From an uncultured delta proteobacterium (GTDB lineage Bacteria > Desulfobacterota > Desulfobacteria > Desulfobacterales > JAFDCJ01): DNA of 64,000 nt. The notes under the pieces are model-generated. The model was given only the letters and a program-made list of their open reading frames with translations, was not told the DNA's origin and ran no database searches. Made by a program: the position numbers and the translations under genes. Shown in pieces: positions 21,844 to 31,362 of this stretch. The first letter of the stretch is position 1, and every line of letters starts with the position of its first letter. Location: NCBI GenBank assembly GCA_963769935.1, contig CAVYNY010000010.1:352001-416000 (forward strand). The letters run 5' to 3'.

Positions 21844-23094
21844 TTAATTTAGGGTTGTAAAGTTGCATTGGAATTGTCCAATCGGCTTTTGCATAAATTC
21901 TGCAATTTCCAATTCGGATTCCAACTCAACATGCGGATTTCCTTTTGCCAGGCCGGCGAGAATAGAAAATTCAAAACATTCTGCCTTTGGATTGGCAGCC
22001 CTGGCAGCATCCACGATTTCTTTTACTCCCTGCTTTTGGAAATCCCGGGCGAAATTTGCCAGTATCTGCTCGGCTTCCTCCATATTTGTTAAGGGGAGCA
22101 CGGTCTCAAATTGATTAATGCTGCGCCGGGCGGAAAATCCACCGACCGCACCGAAATGCTTGCTGATGTATCGGCCCATGGTTCTGATTCCTTCCTGCAG
22201 CGCCGTATGGCCTAATTTTTCGATAATGGACTCAGGATCTGCCAGTGTAAAAAGAAGGACGGTATAGCTCTCATTTATATTTTTATGCTTCAAGTCAGAC
22301 TGATACCGAACTTTGAACTGGCGTTTGGAATACAGGCCGGTTAGTTCATCCTCTAAGCGTTCAATACTGTTAATGATTTCCTCATAAAAGGCGAGGTTGC
22401 TACTCTCAAATTCCTGCGGGTTTCCCTGAAAAACAATCTGTTTGTCGGAAAGAACAAGGATACGGTTGGAGATGAAAAGAACATCCGGAATATCGTGGCT
22501 CACCAGAATTGCGGTGAATCCGTATTTCTTTTTGTACTCGGCGATCATTCCGAGGATGGCATTGCGCCTGACAGGGTCCTGGCCGGTGGTCAGCTCATCA
22601 AACAGGACAATTTTGGGATCGGTCACGAGGGCGCGTGCCAGTGCCACGCGCTTCTGCATGCCGCCGGAAAGCTCTGAGGGGTGCCTGTAGATCACATCCG
22701 CAAGCTCGGTTTGCTCTATTTTGGCCATCACCTTGTCTGTGATCGCCTGCTTGCTCAGCCGGGTATTTTCCTGCAGCGGCAAAGCAATATTTTCAAACAC
22801 CGTCAGAGAATCGAAAAGCGCGTTGCCTTGAAACATGTAGCTGATCCGGCCGAGGTATTCATTCCACTCGGACCTTTTCATCTTTTCAAGGGGTTGGCCG
22901 CAAAAAAGCACGCTGCCCATATCCGGTCGAAGCAAACCGATGATATGCTTGAGAACTACGCTTTTGCCGGCACCGCTCTTGCCGATAATGGTGGTGACTT
23001 CATCTTCAAATATTTGAAGATTAACCCGGTCGAGTATTATGCGGCCGCCAAAACTCTTGGTAACATTTTTAAATTCGACTATCGGCAAGGTCAT
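21844..23094 (-). CDS. MlaF/Mkl-type ABC ATPase fused to a degenerate GGDEF domain
   Basis: GKSGAGKS, FQGNALFDSLTV, LSGGMQKRVALARA; C-terminal DELTGLYSKR...LGH...SARRSINQF. Confidence 0.82.
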   Translation of the reverse strand: MTLPIVEFKNVTKSFGGRIILDRVNLQIFEDEVTTIIGKSGAGKSVVLKHIIGLLRPDMGSVLFCGQPLEKMKRSEWNEYLGRISYMFQGNALFDSLTVFENIALPLQENTRLSKQAITDKVMAKIEQTELADVIYRHPSELSGGMQKRVALARALVTDPKIVLFDELTTGQDPVRRNAILGMIAEYKKKYGFTAILVSHDIPDVLFISNRILVLSDKQIVFQGNPQEFESSNLAFYEEIINSIERLEDELTGLYSKRQFKVRYQSDLKHKNINESYTVLLFTLADPESIIEKLGHTALQEGIRTMGRYISKHFGAVGGFSARRSINQFETVLPLTNMEEAEQILANFARDFQKQGVKEIVDAARAANPKAECFEFSILAGLAKGNPHVELESELEIAEFMQKPIGQFQCNFTTLN

Positions 23095-23455
23095 TGCGGC
23101 ACCCCTCTTCCATGGCAAGGTTCAGGCGATCTAATCTCTCTCCGAAACCGCTGACACCGCTTCCAATGCCATCAACGGTTTGGCTTATGCAGGGCCGTTG
23201 ACCAAGAGGCTGGCCATCTACTTTCTCCAAACCAACCTGTTTTAAAATTAATCATCAAATTAGATCGATCAAGAGAGTTTGAGATGGCTGAAAGCAGCAT
23301 CCGCAAAGTAACGAGCACCTTTAGCTGACACATTTGAAATGAAGACGTTTAAATTTTTGATTGACATTGCGTTAAAATCTATCCGATATGATATTTAGTC
23401 TTCAGAACCCGGTGGTTGGCAAATTGGGAGATTTTAGGCTTAAACAACCAAAAAG

Positions 23456-23614
23456 CTGAATTTGTATATCGTTAAAAATATCGCACCCGATGTTCCCATG
23501 TCCCATGTCCTGCTGGGCGTCATCCCATTTGTGATTATAGATGGCATCGTCATTGTCTGCATCTGCATCTGGCCGGCACTGACGCTATGGCTTCCGAACA
23601 AGATGATCGGATAG
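23456..23614 (+). pseudogene. 3' remnant of a TRAP transporter large permease (DctM)
   Basis: Hand translation: LNLYIVKNIAPDVPMSHVLLGVIPFVIIDGIVIVCICIWPALTLWLPNKMIG*. This is a typical DctM C-terminus, with no start or upstream body. Confidence 0.8.
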
Positions 23615-23655
23615 TGCTGCGTTCCATAAATACATCAAAAAAGTCATTCTAACGG

Positions 23656-23744
23656 CTGGATACCCGCCTTCGCGGGTATGACGGCTGTTGTAATTAACCG
23701 ATATTAATATAATAATTGTCATTCTCGCGCAGGCGGGAATCCAG
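23656..23744. repeat. Inverted pair of REP-like palindromes (GTCATTCCCGCG-type)
   Basis: ctggatacccgccttcgcgggtatgac (23656-23682) and gtcattctcgcgcaggcgggaatccag (23718-23744) are near reverse complements. Confidence 0.8.
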
Positions 23745-23813
23745 AAAACCCGGAAAACTCTACTTTTTACGATTTCATCAAATTTGGGATTTGAAAATTT
23801 TTGGGAGGGCAGT

Positions 23814-25335
23814 ATGAGGAAAATATCCCTTGGGGAATGTTTTACGGATACCTTTTTAGCCCGCGGTGATAAGCCGGCGATTTCTTTCCTGCGGGGCGGT
23901 AAACTCGAAACCCGGATTTCCTATAGCGAATTAGATCGGCACGCCAACCGCATGGCCTGTGTTTTCCAAAACCTGAGGGTGAATAAAGGCGACCGGGTCA
24001 TACTTTTTATCCCGAAATCCCTAATCTTTGTGGTGGCGCATCTGGCGTTGCAAAAAATTGGTGCCATTGCCGTGCCTTTAAATCCGGGTTTTAAGAAATC
24101 CGAAATGGCCTATTTGCTTCAGGATGCGGATGCAAAAGTAATCATTGCGGAATCTGCTGCTGAAACCCTCATCCAAGAAATAGATCCCGATCTGAACCGG
24201 CTGGTCATTGACACCCGCCAACCTTATCAGAATATCGACCTGGTGCAAAAGGCTTCCGAACATTTCACGCCGGTCGAAATACACGCTGATGATCCGGGTC
24301 TTATCATTTACACTTCGGGCACCACCGGTAAACCCAAAGGGGCGGTTCTGACCCAGATGAACCTGATCCATGACGCCCGCAATATCATTAAAATTTGGGA
24401 AATAAGCCAGGCGGATACCCTCTGCCATGCGCTGCCGCTTTTTCATGTCCACGGACTTTGTTTTGCCCTGCACACGTCGCTGTTGGCCGGCGGTCATGTG
24501 GTCATGCTCGATCAGTTTTCTCCCCCCGGTTATTGATACCTTGCGCCGACAGGATGGACCCCGGGTGTGTACGATCTTTATGGCGGTGCCTGCCATGTAC
24601 GGAAAATTGATGCAATATCTCGGTGATGAAAGACCTCATTTTGGACACATGCGCTTGTGGACTTCGGGGTCCGCTCCGCTTCTGCCGGCCGACTTTGAGC
24701 GCATCCACCAAATATTCGGCAAAGAACCGGTGGAAAGGGAGGGAATGTCTGAAACCGGAATGAATTTTTCAAATCCGCTGCACGGCAAAAGAAAGCCGGG
24801 ATCCATCGGCCTGCCTTTGCCGGAACTGGAAGTCAGGATCGTTGACCCGGTTGCCGGAGAGGATGTAATGCCCGGTCAAACCGGTGAATTCCGGTTGAAA
24901 GGGCCCGCGATAACTGCGGGGTACTGGCGCACACCGGAAGAAACCGAACATGCTTTCGAAGGCGACTGGTTTAAAAGCGGTGATCTGGGACACATTGATG
25001 ATGACGGCTATTACTATCTCACCGATCGGATTAAACATATTATCATCTCCGGCGGCGAAAATATTTCTCCCAAAGAAGTGGAGATCGTCATCAACCGGAT
25101 CGAGGGCGTGGCGGAATCATCGGTGGTGGGAATTGCCGATGAAAAGTGGGGCGAAAAGGTCGTGGCGGCCGTTGTAAAAATGCCCGGTGCCGATGTCGGC
25201 GAAAATGAAATTCAAGCGTATTGCAAACAACACCTGCACGACTGGAAGTGCCCCAAAGTAATTTTCTTTGTAAAAGAGCTGCCCCGCAACACCATGGGCA
25301 AAGTGTTAAAAGAAGAAGTGAAAAAACTGTTCTAA
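23814..25335 (+). CDS. Acyl-CoA synthetase (malonyl-CoA synthetase MatB-like), frameshifted near 24525
   Basis: IIYTSGTTGKPKGA and HALPLFHVHGL in ORF 23784..24536; SGSAPL, GMSET, SGDLG, GGENISPKE, PRNTMGKV in ORF 24427..25335. The frame changes at a C6 run. Confidence 0.88.
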
Positions 25336-25375
25336 TCTGAATTGAAAATTTTTGGCTTTAATGATCCGGGGATTT

Positions 25376-25456
25376 CACCACGAAAACACGAAATTTAAAA
25401 AGCACGAAATTTTATTATTTCCTTTTCGTGTTTTCGTCCTTTCGTGGTTTCGTGAT
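25376..25456. repeat. Inverted array of CACGAAA / TTTCGTG units between convergent genes
   Basis: Three cacgaaa units followed by four tttcgtg-like units. Confidence 0.72.
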
Positions 25457-25510
25457 TAAATTATTCTATTTGGTTCCAGCTCGGCCGTACAAAAGTCCTA
25501 AAAATCAAAT

Positions 25511-26674
25511 TTAAGTAGAGCGCAGGCGCGGCGGCATGATAAAGACCCGCCGCAATCCCTCTTTGAGCGAAATGGCCTCCTCCGGGCAAAACCGGGAGCA
25601 AACACCGCATCCCAGACAAGCGTTCTCATCCCGCTGGGCCAGCCCCTCATCGTTGAGGGCAATGGCGTCGGTGGGACACCACGCCACGCAGGTGCCGCAG
25701 CCGCTGCACGCCTGCTGGTCGATCACCGATAGATAGTAAGTGGAATTGATCAGCGGCAGGGTGCCGCTGCGCCAGAGCCCCAGGGTATCACAACAATCCT
25801 TGCAGCAGTTGCAGATGCTCGTTTCCGGGCTGGTTTCCCGGGAGCCCGGGTGAAAGGCCTTGTGAATCAACCCGGCCTGGGCGGCCTCCCGCATGATTTT
25901 AAGGGCTTCTTCCTTGGTGACCTTTTGGGCAAACCCCTGGGCGGTCGTATGCCGGGCGGATTTGCCGAAGGTAAAACAGTTTAATACCGGCGCATCGGTG
26001 CTGCAGGGCTCGCCGAGCAGACTTCGGCGCTGGCGGCAAAAACAATGTCCGACGGCAATGTCGTCAAACTTGTTGATAATCTCCTCGACCGTCTGACTGG
26101 GAAGAATGAATTCATCGCCGATATCCAGGGTCTTATCCACCGGTATGATCTTGATCGACTTTCCGTCTTCGGCTATCCTGGCGGGCACGGTCCGGTCGAC
26201 CGCGGGGGCACTGCCGAACAAGGGTGCCAGCGCATCATAATTTTGCTGAGTCTGATCGCGGAGTTCTCCCAGCAGCTTTTCGAATAGGCTGGCAAGCTTT
26301 TTTTCCGCCTCGCTTCCGGTGGCTTTCACCATAAATTTGTATTCCATCAATCCCACCAACATGAGCGGCAGAAGCCTGTAAACCATGACGCCGGCCGAAT
26401 TGGGTTGATTGAACACAAGCCCTTTCTGTGCCAGACTTGCTGCCAGATGGTCGACTTTCTCGGCCGAGAACCCGCTCGATTCCACGAGCTGGTCCAATGT
26501 TTGAGACGGCTGCCGGCGGAAGGCATATATCAGGTCGAGTTCTTCTTCATTTTCCCCGACAGCTGCGACGACAATGGCGACGGCCGTATCGTTTACCGGA
26601 AATTGAACCATGCCCTGTTTGCAGATCACACCGGCTGCTTTTTTGAATTTTTCCTCTAAGGCAATTTGCGTCAT
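25511..26674 (-). CDS. 4Fe-4S dicluster (ferredoxin-domain) protein
   Basis: CFCR, ICNCCKDCC, CSGCGTCVAWCP, CLGCGVCSRFCP. Confidence 0.88.
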   Translation of the reverse strand: MTQIALEEKFKKAAGVICKQGMVQFPVNDTAVAIVVAAVGENEEELDLIYAFRRQPSQTLDQLVESSGFSAEKVDHLAASLAQKGLVFNQPNSAGVMVYRLLPLMLVGLMEYKFMVKATGSEAEKKLASLFEKLLGELRDQTQQNYDALAPLFGSAPAVDRTVPARIAEDGKSIKIIPVDKTLDIGDEFILPSQTVEEIINKFDDIAVGHCFCRQRRSLLGEPCSTDAPVLNCFTFGKSARHTTAQGFAQKVTKEEALKIMREAAQAGLIHKAFHPGSRETSPETSICNCCKDCCDTLGLWRSGTLPLINSTYYLSVIDQQACSGCGTCVAWCPTDAIALNDEGLAQRDENACLGCGVCSRFCPEEAISLKEGLRRVFIMPPRLRST

Positions 26675-26897
26675 AAGTATTTTTTCCTCCCCAAATTGAG
26701 CGATTTGAATATGTGTATCAACAATGATCATACAGGTCAAGTATGCATAGGCCTGATCAGGCTTCCGTCATTTAAGGAGATAAATGACTAATTTTGCAAA
26801 AATTGCCCGCTTAACAAAAATCATGACGTTTATTATATTGTAAACTGGATTTTGCACCCAAGCATATAAAGGACAATATTTCCAGACGTGATGGGGC

Positions 26898-28208
26898 TTA
26901 AATCGTAACCACTTCCGGCAGGGGTTTTATAAAATTTTGGCGAAGACTGTAGGTATAGGCGCCCTGGTTTGGAATCATCAGAATATCACCGGGTTCAATA
27001 CCCGCCCCCCAATACGCATAGCCCCAGACATCATGCGGGGTGCACAGGGAGCCCAGGACATGGCAGGGCTTTTCATTCATGGCCGGCCGCGTCAGGTTCA
27101 GAATTGGAAAATAGTCGGTCTCGAAGCGTTCCCAGCCGACGGCATTGGTCCCGGCATCGGTTATCACCAGATCCGGGGCCTTTTTATCGACCACTGAAAA
27201 CAGCAGTTGGACGGCATCGTTGCAGACCCAGCGGCCGGGTTCCAGGCATATCCGGCAGGGTGCGACGGCCAACAGATGCCGGTGAATGGCGGTGCTGAGC
27301 CGCTCGGCGAATTCTTCAATGCCGGTCGCCGGCAGGCGATGGTGCGCCGCAACCGGTTCCGTCTGCTGCCCCAAAGCCTCCAGCAGTTTGCCCTCCGGAG
27401 TTCCGGCCGGCTGCAGCCATTCGCCCTGAGACGGCCAGTACCCGCCTCCGATATCGATAAACTCCAGCTGGGAAAGAAACGACGCGGGCATTTCAGCCAG
27501 CACCTTGCCAAGGATGCGGATAAATTCGATCTGGGGAGCGGGTGAAAGGTTCCAGCTGGTGTGAAACTGCAGTCCCAGCAGCCGGACATGCCGGCAGCGG
27601 CTCACCTCATCCCAGAAGGATGACAGCGCTTGGGGGACAATGCCGAATTTGCGCCAGAGGCCGTTCGGATTGACGGTTAAGCGCACCCCGCAGCGGACGC
27701 ACGTGTCGGATTTAGCCGCAAGCGCTTCCAACCGGTGCAGCTCGCCCGGACTGTCCATAAGGACAATGACCCGGTCGGTGTGCGCCAATGCCAGCTGCAG
27801 CTCGGCAGCCGTTTTCCCAGGGCCGCTGAAGACAATGTCCCGGGCACCGATGCCCAACGCCATCTCCAGCTCCAGTCCGCTGGAAACATCCAGCCCAAAG
27901 CCCGCCGCCAGCATTATGCGGGCCACTTCGGGGTGGTTGTTGCTTTTCACGGCATAATAGAATGCAGCCGCAGGCAACAAATTTTCAAAGGCTTTTTTCA
28001 GCTGAGCGGCCCTGCTTTTTAAAATTGCCGATTCCTGAAGATATAAGGGCGCCGGATGATCTTCAATAATATGTAGATAATGATCCCGGCGGTTGAAATG
28101 ATGCTGCACAAACGACCGCAGCTCATCCCAGGGGAACAGGGGGGTCGGATGTTCCGGCATCAGATTCAGCCTGCGAAGCAAATCATATTGATTTTCCGGC
28201 TTTGACAT
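26898..28208 (-). CDS. PLP-dependent decarboxylase, alanine-racemase fold (LysA/ornithine decarboxylase family)
   Basis: YAVKSN (PLP lysine), DVSSGLE, FSGPGKT, KFG, DIGGG, EPGR, GSLCTPHD, GAYT; start MSKPEN at 28208. Confidence 0.9.
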   Translation of the reverse strand: MSKPENQYDLLRRLNLMPEHPTPLFPWDELRSFVQHHFNRRDHYLHIIEDHPAPLYLQESAILKSRAAQLKKAFENLLPAAAFYYAVKSNNHPEVARIMLAAGFGLDVSSGLELEMALGIGARDIVFSGPGKTAAELQLALAHTDRVIVLMDSPGELHRLEALAAKSDTCVRCGVRLTVNPNGLWRKFGIVPQALSSFWDEVSRCRHVRLLGLQFHTSWNLSPAPQIEFIRILGKVLAEMPASFLSQLEFIDIGGGYWPSQGEWLQPAGTPEGKLLEALGQQTEPVAAHHRLPATGIEEFAERLSTAIHRHLLAVAPCRICLEPGRWVCNDAVQLLFSVVDKKAPDLVITDAGTNAVGWERFETDYFPILNLTRPAMNEKPCHVLGSLCTPHDVWGYAYWGAGIEPGDILMIPNQGAYTYSLRQNFIKPLPEVVTI

Positions 28209-28212
28209 TAGT

Positions 28213-29478
28213 TCAATCGATCTCCAGGGCGAGCTTTTCGAGAAGCTCCCGGCATTGCGTAGCCGCCTCGCCGACCGCATCCGGCTCAAAGATAATGTGT
28301 CCCAACAGCCACGAATCGTAATCGTCGGGCGGTAGTTTAATTGAATGCCCCGCTTTGCGGATGAGATGGATTTCATGCACCCGGCCATCCTGCCGCAGTC
28401 GATGGGCATCGATTTTTTTTAAAATTCCGCCTTGGCGGGCATGCAGGCGCAAGCCTATAAAAGCATGCAAATCAGATGAATGATTCAAGCGCAGGGGTCG
28501 CCTCTGGGAAAAATCCAGAAAAAGCTTTAATATATCCAGGCCCCGCGACCGGCGTAATAGAAATGGAAGGCAGTCGCCGCCCGGCCGGGGTGCCAGCTCC
28601 AGCAAAACGATCCGGCCCTCGCAGACCATAAAGTCCAGCATGCACAAGGCCCGTTCGAGTCCCAGAGCAGCCGCACTCCGGGAAAGGGTTTGAAGCAAAT
28701 TACGTTCATCAATTTCAGCGGGCAGCGCCGCCGGTAGATAATAGCCCAACGCAGTACCGAACGGTTTCCAGGGAGCGAGGATTTTGCGGGTTAGCCGGAT
28801 AACCTCCACCCGACCGTCTTCTATAATAAAATCACAGCTGTATTCCGAGCCCCCAACACACTCCTCAGCCAGGATGGCAGCATGATCCGCTCGGCAGGAC
28901 TGGTAGAGGCGCTGGACCCGTCGCTGCTCCAAACCGCTTTGAATCTTAAAAAAGCTTTGCTCACATTCGTCAGCACTGTTGCAGCGGAAGATCAATTCAC
29001 TGCCGCTGCCGCTCAACGGTTTTAAAACACAGGCAACGCCCAGTTCCCGGAAATAATTCGCGGCCTCGTTCGCCGATCTGACAAGCCGATTCCTGGGGGT
29101 ATAAAGCCCCTGCTTCTGCCAAAGGGTTTTTGAAAGAAATTTATCCCGGCAGTTTTGGACGGCCCGGACGGATGGGTAGGGCAGCCCGTACTGCTGGGCC
29201 AGAACAGAGGCCAGCTCCATGGATTCACAATCGAAGCTGACGATGCCGCCCAATCGCATATTTTCTTTCAGCAGGTGCCGCTCCAGCAGCTGCCGCGCCC
29301 GGTCGTAGTCGGATAAATCGCACAGGATTTCTTCCGCCGGCATAGGACATGGTTCTTGAGCCTGCCGGCGGACCGCGGGTTCGGTGAGAAACAGGGCCCG
29401 TTCGGGACAACTGCGACGGATCCAGTCGATATAGTCCGGGGTTGTGCCGACAACCAGTACTTTGGTGTTAACCTGCAA
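28213..29478 (-). CDS. ATP-grasp domain protein (amino-acid ligase-like)
   Basis: CRDKFLSK, VLKPLSGSGSELI, AEECVGGSEYSCD, LLELAPRPGGD; TTG start with GGAGAG RBS overlapping the GNAT stop. Confidence 0.88.
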   Translation of the reverse strand: MQVNTKVLVVGTTPDYIDWIRRSCPERALFLTEPAVRRQAQEPCPMPAEEILCDLSDYDRARQLLERHLLKENMRLGGIVSFDCESMELASVLAQQYGLPYPSVRAVQNCRDKFLSKTLWQKQGLYTPRNRLVRSANEAANYFRELGVACVLKPLSGSGSELIFRCNSADECEQSFFKIQSGLEQRRVQRLYQSCRADHAAILAEECVGGSEYSCDFIIEDGRVEVIRLTRKILAPWKPFGTALGYYLPAALPAEIDERNLLQTLSRSAAALGLERALCMLDFMVCEGRIVLLELAPRPGGDCLPFLLRRSRGLDILKLFLDFSQRRPLRLNHSSDLHAFIGLRLHARQGGILKKIDAHRLRQDGRVHEIHLIRKAGHSIKLPPDDYDSWLLGHIIFEPDAVGEAATQCRELLEKLALEID

Positions 29479-30436
29479 CAGCCGCTCTCCGGTCGATGAC
29501 AACATCCTGCCAGATCTCCTGGGCCGGCAGGTTTCCAATCTTGTATAAAGGCCGCGGCGTTAGATGAAATCTCGTTTTCCAGTTAAAATCTCCGCAAAGG
29601 AAATCGACCTCTTCCAATCTTTGCTGGCAGGCCCATTCGAGATGATGAAAATTGATCAATTTGGCAATGCCGGGAAAATCGGGGTCCGTGCCGCCGGCCA
29701 AAACCGTATAGGTTGAGTTCCAGACGGCCCCGATATCCACGGCGGCCATCCGGCTGCCGATAAGCACCGTGGTGATCCGCAGCAGGTTGTTGGCCTGCAG
29801 CCATGCGGCAAGTTTTTCAAATGCTTTAAAAAAACGCCGATCATTGAAGTAGGAATACTCTTTGAAGCTATCCAGGTTCATGCGAAACATGTGTTCAATG
29901 TCCGCATAGCAATTATACCGATAGGAAAGGCCGCCGGCGGCAAGCCGATTAATTTCATGTTTAATTTTTTTAAGTGATTTGCCCGAAAAGGTCTTTAGGT
30001 ATTGCTGGAAGGAATAATCATATTGTTGCGGAAAAAAAAGATATCCAACTTCATCTAAATCCACCATGGAATCACGCTGAAAAAAAGGAGATCCGGTTAG
30101 ATATCTGATCTTGGCGGTGTCCGGAATGTGGTTTAATAATGCAGATGCCGTCGCAGCATCCTCCGCCAGGATTTTATTTTGTTCCAGCCATGTTTTGCCC
30201 TGCCAGACTTCACCGGGAAAATGACCGAAGCACTGCTCCTCATCAATCCAGCTCAGGGCCAGCATTCCGCAAAATCTGCCATTTTGCCGGGCTACCAGAA
30301 AATAGGGGCTATAATTAAATTGTGATTGAAAACAGGCTCTGACCGGCCAAAGATCAAAGAGGCGCTCTTTGGGCCAATGCCGCTGCCACAGGCTTTTGGC
30401 CTCTTCGAGGTCATTGCAGACACTAATTTTGAACAT
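29468..30436 (-). CDS. GNAT-superfamily protein (Acetyltransf_6 / FemAB-like fold)
   Basis: FQQYLKTFSGKSLKKIKHE, LAGGTDPDFPGIAKLI, VDFLCGDFNWKTRF. Confidence 0.8.
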   Translation of the reverse strand: MFKISVCNDLEEAKSLWQRHWPKERLFDLWPVRACFQSQFNYSPYFLVARQNGRFCGMLALSWIDEEQCFGHFPGEVWQGKTWLEQNKILAEDAATASALLNHIPDTAKIRYLTGSPFFQRDSMVDLDEVGYLFFPQQYDYSFQQYLKTFSGKSLKKIKHEINRLAAGGLSYRYNCYADIEHMFRMNLDSFKEYSYFNDRRFFKAFEKLAAWLQANNLLRITTVLIGSRMAAVDIGAVWNSTYTVLAGGTDPDFPGIAKLINFHHLEWACQQRLEEVDFLCGDFNWKTRFHLTPRPLYKIGNLPAQEIWQDVVIDRRAAVAG

Positions 30437-30446
30437 AATATGCCTC

Positions 30447-30872
30447 CTACTGCCGCAATGTGACGTTCAAAACACTATGGCTTCCACCGAAATAAAGTTG
30501 GGAAAAACTTTTTGCGATTTCCGGATCGTACGGTTTGCAGCTGAAAACATCCAGGTAAACCGTGTTGGTCTGGTTTGCAAAATGGGCGGATATCAGGGAA
30601 GTTTCGATGAGCTGAACCATGGAGTAGCCGGCCACGCGTTCGTCTTCACCGAAATGCACCACCTGGGTATCGCCGAAACGCTTCATTTCAATTAAATCAC
30701 AAAGCTCAATAACGAACCGCCGAATGGTTTCAGCGCAACGGATTTTATCCGGGTCACAGTCATAGATATCGATGGCGGAGGCTATTCCCCAGACATTTTT
30801 GGCGATGGCTGCCTCCAATATTCCATGGCCAACTGCGCAGGGCGGATTTTCAACCTGTTGTGAAATTTGCAT
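30447..30872 (-). CDS. Pyruvoyl-dependent S-adenosylmethionine decarboxylase-family proenzyme (SpeD/SpeH-like)
   Basis: IDIYDCD, GYSMVQLIETSLISAH (processing-site region), YLDVFSC. Confidence 0.87.
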   Translation of the reverse strand: MQISQQVENPPCAVGHGILEAAIAKNVWGIASAIDIYDCDPDKIRCAETIRRFVIELCDLIEMKRFGDTQVVHFGEDERVAGYSMVQLIETSLISAHFANQTNTVYLDVFSCKPYDPEIAKSFSQLYFGGSHSVLNVTLRQ

Positions 30873-30991
30873 TATTTATCATTCCTCCTATAATCGGTGT
30901 TGCTGCTTTTTCAGTCATCTGCTAGATTGTTTGAGAATAAGATGTATGGAACCGGGTGCTTTAATTTTTCCGGATAGACTTTGCACCCTGC

Positions 30992-31007
30992 AGCATATTT
31001 CATGCCA
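30992..31007 (-). promoter_or_regulatory. Sigma-54 (-24/-12) promoter of the AdoMetDC-GNAT-ATP-grasp-decarboxylase operon
   Basis: Minus strand TGGCATGAAATATGCT = GG-N10-GC, about 120 bp upstream of ATG 30872 and next to a sigma-54 activator gene. Confidence 0.75.
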
Positions 31008-31362
31008 TATTGTTGGTAGTTTCATAACCTCCTTATATATTGGATTATTTCCGGTTTGGGGAAATATATCCAGTTTGGAAGTTGCCACTATTTTAGTATT
31101 ATAATACCGTTTTTAGTTGAAATATGAAAAATAATACCATAAAAAGCGTTTGTGAATTTTTGGGGCTGGAGAACTTGCCCGCAATCCTGGTTGACAAATG
31201 CTTTTTTAAATTAATTATAAATGATTACTGTAAGTTATCATGACAGCCGGTTAATTTGCGAATCGTCGGTAAAACGGTATTTAATTACCGTTCTTAGTGC
31301 CCGCTCAAGTTGGCTTCAACGGCTGCCAAAGGGAATATTTTTCCGCTCCCAAGGAGGTTGTG

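Noticed and set aside
23181..23230. Minus-strand mini-ORF MASLLVNGPA with RBS upstream of the MlaF-GGDEF gene
   Set aside because: Too short to assess, with no attenuator-like codon bias or terminator.
24520..24530. C6 tract frameshift in the acyl-CoA synthetase as phase variation
   Set aside because: The tract is too short, and homopolymer error is more parsimonious.
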